DNA from: Macrostomum lignano | Lineage: Eukaryota | NCBI GenBank assembly: GCA_002269645.1 | Contig: NIVC01004924.1 | Location: 1-31,225 of the forward strand | Direction of reading: 5' to 3' | DNA length: 31,225 nucleotides | In this document: piece by piece, positions 23,244-31,225 of the stretch | How the letters are laid out: each line of letters opens with the position of its first letter | How positions within the stretch are numbered: the first letter of the stretch is position 1 | Program-made: the position numbers and the translations under genes | The notes under the pieces: model-generated | The model's database searches: none | Seen by the model: only the letters and a program-made list of their open reading frames with translations | What the model was told of the DNA's origin: nothing

Positions 23244-23405
23244 GTATCTAAGGCTGGTATCTAAGGCTGGTATCTAAAGCTGTATCCAAGGGCTGGTATT
23301 CAAATCGGTATCCAAGGCTGGTATCTAAAGCTGTATCTAAGGGCTGGTATCCAAGGCTGGTATCTAAAGCTGTATCCAAGGGCTGGTAGCCAAGTCTGGC
23401 ATCTA
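23244..23405. repeat. 12-14-bp degenerate minisatellite (GTATCTAAGGCTG), ~12 copies
   Basis: Direct tandem units. Confidence 0.88.
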
Positions 23406-23924
23406 TGGGTTGTATATCTATATTTATCTATATACCTAAGGCGCATTTCTATATATACTTTTTCCTGTAGCCACGATAGGAAATGTAAATGATGATTAAG
23501 CATTTTTAAGTAAAGAAACACTAGAAATCTTCTTAAATATTCATAACTATTTAATCTTGCATGCAGTATTTCCCAGGCAAATCGCACTTGACCTGCCCGA
23601 ATGACTAACAGACTGATATTGGAATTTAATCTCCTATACTTTAAAGACAAGCCGGGTCCCGCTGGCAAAGAATTCATGCAAAAGATGGGTCAGTCAGAAG
23701 CCGGTCATGGGATTACTGAGATAATCTTGCCAAGAGATAAGTCCTGCTCCGCGGCTGCAAACATAACATTTGATAGCACAAGGGCAGGGGGCATCTGCTG
23801 CTTGGATCAAACAGATTCTGTAAAAAAACATGCGCGGCTGAAGGTTGCAAGTGCATGTCGCGTGACCCTTGTGTTAAACATGCGGAACTTATGTTGCTTG
23901 CAGTTCTGCTCAGATTCGGTTCTG

Positions 23925-25024
23925 TTCAGATAGTGTCGGATTGTGTCAGGCTCAGTCAGATCTGTTTACATTGTGTCAGGCTCAGTCAGATCTGTTTACA
24001 TTGTGTCAGGCTCAGTCAGATCTGTTTACATTGTGTCAGGCTCAGTCAGATCTGTTTACATTGTGTCAGGCTCAGTCAGATCTGTTTACATTGTGTCAGG
24101 CTCAGTCAGGTCTGTTTACATTGTGTCAGGCTCAGTCAGATCTGTTTACATTGTGTCAGGCTCAGTCAGATCTGTTTACATTGTGTCAGGCTCAGTCAGA
24201 TCTGTTTACATTGTGTCAGGCTCAGTCAGATCTGTTTACATTGTGTCAGGCTCAGTCAGATCTGTTTACATTGTGTCAGGCTCAGTCAGGTCTGTTTACA
24301 TTGTGTCAGGCTCAGTCAGGTCTGTTTACATTGTGTCAGGCTCAGTCAGGTCTGTTTACATTGTGTCAGGCTCAGTCAGATCTGTTTACATTGTGTCAGG
24401 CTCAGTCAGATCTGTTTACATTGTGTCAGGCTCAGTCAGATCTGTTTACATTGTGTCATGCTCAGTCAGATCTGTTTACATTGTGTCAGGCTCAGTCAGG
24501 TCTGTTTACATTGTGTCAGGCTCAGTCAGATCTGTTTACATTGTGTCATGCTCAGTCAGATCTGTTTACATTGTGTCAGGCTCAGTCAGGTCTGTTTACA
24601 TTGTGTCAGGCTCAGTCAGGTCTGTTTACATTGTGTCAGGCTCAGTCAGGTCTGTTTACATTGTGTCAGATCCAGTCAGATCTGTTTACATTGTGTCAGG
24701 CTCAGTCAGGTCTGTTTACATTGTGTCAGGCTCAGTCAGGTCTGTTTACATTGTGTCAGATCCAGTCAGATCTGTTTAGATTGTGTCAGATCCAGTCAGA
24801 TCTGTTTAGATTGTGTCAGATCCAGCCAGAGCTGTGTCAGGTCCAGTCAGAGCTGTGTCAGGCCCAGTCAGAGCTGTGTCAGGCCCAGTCAGAGCTGTGT
24901 CAGGTCCAGTCAGAGCTGTGTCAGGTCCAGTCAGAGCTGTGTCAGGTCCAGTCAGAGCTGTGTCAGGCCCAGTCAGAGCTGTGTCAGGCCCAGCCAGAGC
25001 TCAGGTCCAGTCAGAGCTGTGTCA
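23925..25024. repeat. 30-bp minisatellite (TTGTGTCAGGCTCAGTCAGATCTGTTTACA, ~29 copies) grading into a 21-bp derivative (AGCTGTGTCAGGTCCAGTCAG, ~9 copies)
   Basis: Perfect 30-bp register from 23941 to ~24800, then 21-bp units from ~24820. Confidence 0.98.
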
Positions 25025-25676
25025 GGCGTATCCTGCTGAACATTATACTCAAACCAAGCAAAGAGTCGCTGAGCACAGCATAAACGCAGCAAATTTGGCA
25101 ACTTTGAGCCTAGCAAATCCGCCTCATCATGCTCATGAAGTCTTCCAGCAGAGAGCTGAGCGCTGTCCGTTGTAGGCAAGGTGGTTCCCCATTGCAGGGA
25201 GCTTCCGACTCGCATAGCTAATTGGGTTAGACTGTGAGCCGTTGCTCGGCTCTCATTCAGTTCCGCTTCGGTCATCCGTGTGCCTGGGGGGGGGATTTGC
25301 ATTCGAATAGCTGCAGCTCGGGCCCTGAGCGAGGCGGAAGAATGCACTGATATTACTCAGGGAGTACAGTAGCTCAATAGAGAGCTCAGATCTACCTGTC
25401 AATATTTAGTTTTTTTTCCTAGCCTAGCTATGCGCCTCGTGTCTTTGTGAACGAGTGAGCCTTTGCTTTATCCGGGAGGTAGAGAAGGCTGAATTATTTT
25501 CTAGGCCAGCACTGCCCACACATGGCGGCTCTCGAATGTAATTAGTGCCGAAAATATGCAGGGAAGCCTTGCCATCAATCAACTTGTGTATTGATCAAAG
25601 TCTACCAGCTCCCCTAGCACTCCACTGCTTGTGTCAAACTGAAGCTCAGCAGGCTTCAACTTTCATTGTCTGCTCG

Positions 25677-26619
25677 ATGCACCGATTGGTCCTGTACCAA
25701 CTGTGCTGACTGCAGCTCAATATGCACCGATTAGTCCTGTACCAACTGTGCTGACTGCAGCTCAATATGCACCGATTAGTCCTGTACCAACTGTGCTGAC
25801 TGCAGCTCAATATGCACCGATTGGTCCTGTACCAACTGTGCTGATTGCAGCTCAATATGCACCGATTAGTCCTGTACCAACTGTGCTGACTGCAGCTCAA
25901 TATGCACCGATTAGTCCTGTACCAACTGTGCTGACTGCAGCTCAATATGCACTGATTGGTCCTGTACCAACTGTGCTGATTGCAGCTCAATATGCACCGA
26001 TTGGTCCTGTACCAACTGTGCTGACTGCAGCTCAATATGCACTGATTAGTCCTGTACCATCTGTGCTGATTGCAGCTCAATATGCACCGATTAGTCCTGT
26101 ACCAACTGTGCTGACTGCAGCTCAATATGCACCGATTAGTCCTGTACCAACTGTGCTGACTGCAGCTCAATATGCACCGATTGGTCCTGTACCAACTGTG
26201 CTGATTGCAGCTCAATATGCACCGATTGGTCCTGTACCAACTGTGCTGACTGCAGCTCAATCTGCACCGATTGGTCCTGTACCAACTGTGCTGACTGCAG
26301 CTCAATATGCACCGATTGGTCCTGTACCAACTGTGCTGATTGCAGCTCAATATGCACCGATTGGTCCTGTACCAACTGTGCTGACTGCAGCTCAATATGC
26401 ACCGATTGGTCCTGTACCAACTGTGCTGATTGCAGCTTAATATGCACCGATTGGTCCTGTATCATCTGTGCTGATTGCAGCTCAATATGCACCGATTGGT
26501 CCTGTATCATCTGTGCTGATTGCAGCTCAATATGCACCGATTGGTCCTGTATCATCTGTGCTGATTGCAGCTCAATATGCACCGATTGGTCCTGTACCAA
26601 CTGTGCTGATTGCAGCTTA
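25677..26619. repeat. 45-bp minisatellite (CACCGATTGGTCCTGTACCAACTGTGCTGACTGCAGCTCAATATG), ~21 copies
   Basis: Period 45 (25680 to 25725). Explains ORFs 25646-26395, 25703-26440 and 26136-26648. Confidence 0.98.
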
Positions 26620-27214
26620 AATGACTTTTCATGTACAAGCCAGGGCATGCAACTAAACTGCAGAGCAAGCCGTTCCTTTAAAAAAAGAAAATCAACAGGG
26701 TTGCCTGATTGACAGCAGCGGACTGCGACAGCGATTAGGGGAGAATATCTGCTTGAGCTTAATCCGCTTTTTAGCTGAGATTTGTCCTGCGTGTGAGTGG
26801 CTTGGAGAAAGTTTTCTTTACAATTGCAGAAACAACTCCTTGAATTGCTGTGTAGAATTTCTGGAATTATTGGCTGTATTTGTTGTCAGTTCTTCATGAA
26901 ATTGTGTACTGAGCGATACATTTCGCATGCCCCACACATTTCACCGCCACCGTTTGGAGAAGTTGCCTAGCTGAGTAAAAATGGTCATAGTAACACTTCT
27001 CAATGTCTGGTTGAGTTGGTTTCGCACAGACTGCTCATACTTGCATTTATGCACTTGATTGAGAGCTGCTCGCCTTGCTACCTTCCCGTCCTTGCTAAAT
27101 GATTGAGTATTTCTCACGTTGGTCAATATCGAATTATTACAAATTTCAACAAATAATCATTTCTGCCAATTGAAGAAACCCTCCATTAAGCTTCGTCGAT
27201 GATTGAGTATTTTA

Positions 27215-28238
27215 TATAGGTTGTTTCTTGAATTGAAGGGTCAAAAGTACACACTTAGGTTGTCGGTTGAAATGCCTTTTAAAGTACACACTTAGGTTGT
27301 CGGTTGAAATGCCTTTTAAAGTACACACTTAGGTTGTCGGTTGAAATGCCTTTTAAAGTACACACTTAGGTTGTCGATTGGAGGGCCATTTAAAGTGCAA
27401 ACTTAGATTGTCGATAAAAGGGTCATTAAAAGTACGCACTTAGGTTTTCGGTTTTAAGGGCCATTTAAAGTACAAACTTAAATTTCCGATTTAAAGACCA
27501 TTTAAAGTACACACTTAGGTTGTCGATAGAAGGGATATTTAAAGTACACACATAGGTTGTCGATATAAGGGACATTTAAAGTACACACATAGGTTGTCGA
27601 TATAAGGGACATTTAAAGTACACACATAGGTTGTCGATATAAGGGACATTTAAAGTACACACATAGGTTGTCGATTGGAGCGCCTTTTAAAGTACACACT
27701 TAGGTTGTTTCTTGAATTGAAGGGTCATTTTAAGTACACACTAAGGTTGTCGGTTTAAGGGCCATTAAAAGTATACACTTAGGTTGTCAGTTGAAGGACA
27801 CTTAAAGCACACACTTAGGTTGTCAGTTGAAGGGACATTAAAAGTACACACTTAGGTTGTCAGTTGAAGGGACACTTAAAGCACACACTTAGGTTGTCAG
27901 TTGAAGGGACACTTAAAGCACACACTTAGGTTGTCAGTTGAAGGGACATTAAAAGTACACACTTAGGTTGTCAGTTGAAGGGACATTTAAAGCACACACT
28001 TAGGTTGTCAGTTGAAGGACACTTAAAGCACACACTTAGGTTGTCAGTTGAAGGGACATTAAAAGTACACACTTAGGTTGTCGATAGAAGGGACATTTAA
28101 AGCACACACTTAGGTTGTCGATAGAAGGGACATTTAAAGCACACACTTAGGTTGTCAGTTGAAGGGACACTTAAAGCACACACTTAGGTTGTCAGTTGAA
28201 GGGACATTAAAAGTACACACTCAGGTTGTCGATTGAAG
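27215..28238. repeat. ~37-bp minisatellite (AAAGTACACACTTAGGTTGTCAGTTGAAGGGACATT(T/A)), ~27 copies, ending ~33 nt before the GPCR exon 2 acceptor
   Basis: Period 37 (27281 to 27318; 27541 to 27578). Confidence 0.96.
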
Positions 28239-28271
28239 GCTCAACCTCTGCCTGCACCCCCCTTCCTGCAG

Positions 28272-29223
28272 GCGGTGATCTCATTTCACCGGATGCTGGC
28301 CATCAGATTCCCGCTGCGCATCCGGCAGTGGCTGACAGCCAAGCGGACCCGCTACCTGCTGTGCGGCCTCTCCTCGTTGGTGGTCGGCTACGCCTCCATC
28401 GTTCCCGCCTGCCACCGATGGACGACCTCAGAGCCACCGGCTGGCGAGGGCGGAAACCGCAGCAGCACCTCTCCTAGGGAGCCGGGCAGTTCGGGCGTCT
28501 GCGACAAGCGAGGCCGCGAGTTCGTCATCTATTATTCTCACGGCCTGTTCGGCTCGATCGTGCCGTTCTTCATCATGATTCTGTGCACCTGTCTCATTGT
28601 CTACTTTGTGTGCCAGAGCCGGAGTCACGTGATTCGCACCTTCCGACGCATGAGTGTCCGGCAGGCGCGACTGCTGCGCTCCAGCTGGCGGCCCCGGAGC
28701 CGGCGGTGGCACCGCAGCCGCCCCCGCCGCCCCCTCGCGCCGCCGGCTGGTTCGGCACGCAGCGTCGGGTGCCACTTCAACTTCGGGCGCGTCGGCAAGT
28801 TCAGCGCCGGTGGCTGTGGCCACGGGATCCGGAACTGAACGGCGGATCACGCAGATGCTGATCCTCATAAATGTGACCTACTTTGTTACTAACGGCTTCG
28901 CCGGCCTCTTTTTGATCTCGAAAGTGCACCTGACCACAGGCGGAGGCTCCGAGTTCGCCGGGTGTGGACCATGCTGCACCGCTTCTTCGACGTCTGCGCC
29001 TGCGTCAACAACAGCACGAACTGGATTTTCTACTTGGTCTCCGGGCGGAAGTTTCGCGAGAAATTTTTCAGCTTACTGTTTGGCTGCTGCAGGCGCGGCA
29101 ACGCCGGCGGCGCTGGAGGTGGCGGAAGCGCAGAAAGGCTGCGGCAGTTTCGGCTGCAGTCGGCTGCGGCCGCTTCGTCTCAGCAGATAAAGCTTGAGGC
29201 AGCGCCAGCCTGTCTCGCGGTAG
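28272..29223 (+). CDS. GPCR exon 2 (end of TM3 to TM7, helix 8, start of C-tail), with apparent frameshifts
   Basis: Acceptor CCTTCCTGCAG|GCG. AVISFHRMLAIRFPL (DRY-equivalent), TM4, TM5 HGLFGSIVPFFIMILCTCLIVYFV, TM6 ERRITQMLILINVTYFVTNGF (different frame), TM7/H8 VNNSTNWIFYLVSGRKFREKFFSLLFGCC. The motifs resemble FMRFamide/myosuppressin-receptor-like invertebrate peptide GPCRs. The donor is GCG|GTAGGT (29219/29220) or TAG|GTGCTG (29223/29224). Confidence 0.85.
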
Positions 29224-29283
29224 GTGCTGTGCATTTTTGTTCGTGCATTGCTACTTTGAGTAGCGAAATAAAGGAATACTGTT

Positions 29284-29323
<40 letters not shown>
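29284..29323. repeat. (TAC)n microsatellite, ~13 copies, in the probable short GPCR intron 2 (~29220-29328)
   Basis: Perfect run ending just before CCCAG| at 29328. Confidence 0.95.
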
Positions 29324-29324
<1 letters not shown>

Positions 29325-29328
29325 CCAG

Positions 29329-29701
29329 ATATCCCGGCAATGATCTGTCCCAGCAGCAACAAACAGCAGCAACAAGCAGGGGATGCCGGCTTGGCCAAGA
29401 AAGCCAACGTTCGGCCATCTCAGCAGGCGGCGACAGTCCGAATTGCAGCAGCGAAGCCGGCGGCAGCGGCAGCAGCGACGAGTTCACCGGTCTGAATGCT
29501 GAAGCAACCAACGGCTGCAATCAAAACAGCAGCCGACGTCGCCGCAGCGACCGCAGTCCGGAAGAGGAACTGCGGCCGCTGGTGGCTCTGGCGAAGGCTT
29601 CGGCAGTGCAGGCTGCAGCGGTCGCGAGCGAGGCAGCCGACAGCCGGAGCAGCAAGCGCCGCAGCAAAGAGATCACCATCGACTGCACTTCCTCGGTCTA
29701 G
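29329..29701 (+). CDS. Probable GPCR terminal exon (C-terminal tail ending EITIDCTSSV)
   Basis: The frame starting at 29330 is open to TAG at 29699-29701: YPGNDLSQQQQ...SDEFTGLNAEATNGCNQNSSRRRRSDRSPEEELRPLVALAK...KRRSKEITIDCTSSV. It covers the whole GC-rich block, unlike the track ORF that stops at 29495. Confidence 0.6.
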
Positions 29702-29789
29702 ACCCGACTTGACATCATGTTTTCATGTCCTCCTGACCTGGCCCCGTGCCATTGTGCTTTCGTTTCCGATCATGTTTCAATATGTACAC

Positions 29790-30285
29790 TCATGTCCCCG
29801 TGTCTTCATGTCCCCGTGTCTTCATGTCCCCGTGTCTTCATGTCCCCGTGTCTTCATGTCCCGTGTCTTCAAGTCCCCGTGTCTTCATGTCCCCGTGTCT
29901 TCATGTCCCCGTGTCTTCATGTCCCCGTGTCTTCAAGTCCCGTGTCTTCATGTCCCCGTGTCTTCATGTCCCGTGTCTTCATGTCCCGTGTCTTCATGTC
30001 CCCGTGTCTTCATGTCCCCGTGTCTTCAAGTCCCGTGTCTTCATTTCCCCGTGTCTTCATGTCCCCGTGTCTTCAAGTCCCGTGTCTTCATTTCCCGTGT
30101 CTTCATGTCCGTGTCTTCAAGTCCCGTGTCTTCATTTCCCCGTGTCTTCATGTCCCGTGTCTTCATGTCCCCGTGTATTCATGTCCCGTGTCTTCATGTC
30201 CCCGTGTCTTCATGTCCCCGTGTCTTCATGTCCCCGTGTCTTCATGTCCCCGTGTCTTCATGTCCCCGTGTCTTCATGTCTTCGA
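29790..30285. repeat. 15-16-bp minisatellite (CATGTCCCCGTGTCTT), ~32 copies
   Basis: Direct tandem units. Starts ~90 nt after the proposed GPCR stop. Confidence 0.97.
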
Positions 30286-30382
30286 TCATGTCTCCGTATT
30301 GTCATGTTCCTGTCTTTTTTCTCATCTCCATCACCAGAGGATTTTGGGTATTTGTTTAAGTCTCACTTGAGTCCTTATTTCT

Positions 30383-30388
30383 AATAAA
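30383..30388 (+). terminator. Candidate polyadenylation signal (AATAAA) for the GPCR
   Basis: First AATAAA after the stop at 29701. Usage is unverified. Confidence 0.4.
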
Positions 30389-30639
30389 AAATTGGGTTGA
30401 AGTTCTGAAGATATTATTTTATTCTAGTAAAAACTGCAATGTGCATAATTGCTTGATGGCTGTGACAGCCATTACTTTTTATAGTCGCTGTTTTCTAAGA
30501 AAAAGTTTCATATTTCTGTTACTATCTCCATATACGTATACCTGTATTTTTTTAATATTTAACTACACCGCACTGATTCGAGCAGTGCATTATGTTTTAT
30601 TAATTAAAGAAGCTTCATAAACAGTTTTTCATTAAATTA

Positions 30640-30900
30640 GTTTACGCATGAGCTCGCAACCAATGATTTCACAACAAACAGCCATTGAGCCCTATTGCTG
30701 CTAGCTGCAACCCCGCGCCTTCATTTCTAACCCATCTCGCCTAGCCACCTCACGCCTCTCACAGTACAGCCGTGCCCCCACCCTCCCTCTCCGCTCATTG
30801 GCTAACAGCGCGTGACCAATAGCCGATCGCCTACTGGCTCTCTGTCTGCCAACGTGGGGTGCGGTGGCGCTGAATCACAATATAGGATGACACTTACTTT
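30640..30900 (+). promoter_or_regulatory. Candidate promoter with two opposed CCAAT boxes (ATTGG ~30797, CCAAT ~30816) in a CpG-rich patch
   Basis: CTCATTGGCT and GACCAATAG lie ~20 bp apart, just upstream of an ORF starting at 31032. Confidence 0.4.
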
Positions 30901-31031
30901 TATACAGCTTTTATACGAGTACGAGTAAGATAAAAAATACACGCCATTTGAGGCCGAGTAGTCTTGTCACTTCAAATCTCACCCTGCGGTTGAAGTTCTG
31001 CATTGGACCTCGGCAGTAGCCAAAGATAAAA

Positions 31032-31225
31032 ATGCATACCAACTTTGCTATGAACAGTGTCGGAACCCACCCTAACAATATGGGCAGCAATATTAATATA
31101 ACACCAATAGTTTGCATAACAATCCTCACATTGCCGTGCCTGAGGAAGACTATAGCCCGGACTCTGCCCAGGAGCAGCCAAGCAGATTCAATTTTCAAAG
31201 GCAAGTCGCATCAGCAGCAGCAGCC
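31032..31225 (+). CDS. Probable 5' start of the next gene (open at the window edge), unidentified
   Basis: ATG at 31032 follows an in-frame stop and its frame stays open to the end of the window (MHTNFAMNSVGTHPNNMGSNIN...). A -1 frame from ~31097 is also open and looks more protein-like (NSLHNNPHIAVPEEDYSPDSAQEQPSRFNFQRQVASAAAA). Confidence 0.35.
   Translation, partial: MHTNFAMNSVGTHPNNMGSNINITPIVCITILTLPCLRKTIARTLPRSSQADSIFKGKSHQQQQ

Noticed and set aside
23601-23933. 110-aa non-repetitive ORF in an intron spacer (possible nested gene)
   Set aside because: TTG/weak start, no recognisable domain and no consistent splice sites in any frame checked. Cannot be supported without expression data.
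23855-26648. ORFs of 245-394 aa with Cys/His periodicity suggesting metal-binding repeats
   Set aside because: 30-, 21- and 45-bp intronic arrays. Unit lengths divisible by 3 keep all frames open.
9565-28238. Possible CRISPR arrays (28-45-bp repeats)
   Set aside because: Units are head-to-tail with no unique spacers, there are no cas genes, and the context is eukaryotic.
27215-28238. TTAGG telomere-like motif in the 37-bp array
   Set aside because: One TTAGG per unit and never tandem, so not an interstitial telomere.
29224-29495. Poly-Leu eighth transmembrane segment in ORF 28962-29495
   Set aside because: It comes from a (CTA)n microsatellite in an AT-richer stretch bounded by GT...CAG, which is more simply an intron. 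A better C-tail exists in another frame.
30565-30583. GCACTG-N7-CAGTGC hairpin as a possible Helitron 3' end (similar small hairpin at 8730-8754)
   Set aside because: Only a 6-8-bp stem, with no CTRR terminus or matching 5' TC end identified.
30911-31204. Hydrophobic 97-aa minus-strand ORF
   Set aside because: Most likely the antisense of an Asn/Gln-rich + strand start. There is no supporting promoter or splice evidence.

Overview
Eukaryotic (metazoan) genomic DNA with spliceosomal introns. GC-rich low-complexity exons and minisatellite-stuffed introns are reminiscent of the flatworm Macrostomum (inference only). Recognisable genes, both on +: (1) YRDC/Sua5 threonylcarbamoyl-AMP synthase in two exons (9209/9293-9523, 11480-11974), with a candidate mitochondrial presequence between two in-frame AUGs; (2) a rhodopsin-class peptide-type GPCR in three exons (18151-18588, 28272-~29220, 29329-29701), with a 9.7-kb first intron and about four apparent single-base frameshifts. 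There is also a probable terminal exon of an unknown minus-strand gene (2486-1872) and the probable start of another + gene at 31032. Mobile DNA: a fossil DD37D (maT-type) Tc1/mariner element with TIRs and TA TSD (3293-4551), a TA-flanked MITE (7261-7810), and a 179-bp hAT-type MITE with an 8-bp TSD nested in a minisatellite (19962-20140). About 13.3 kb (~43%) of the window is 14 tandem arrays (units 12-45 bp), mostly unrelated to each other, and these explain nearly all long ORFs in the ORF track. No CRISPR, rRNA or intact tRNA was seen. The best leads are the placement of arrays right beside coding boundaries, the inverted TCATAGACA arrays bracketing GPCR exon 1, the dual-AUG YRDC, and a CpG-depleted, TAGGCCTA-rich, array-free domain at 2.5-9 kb.
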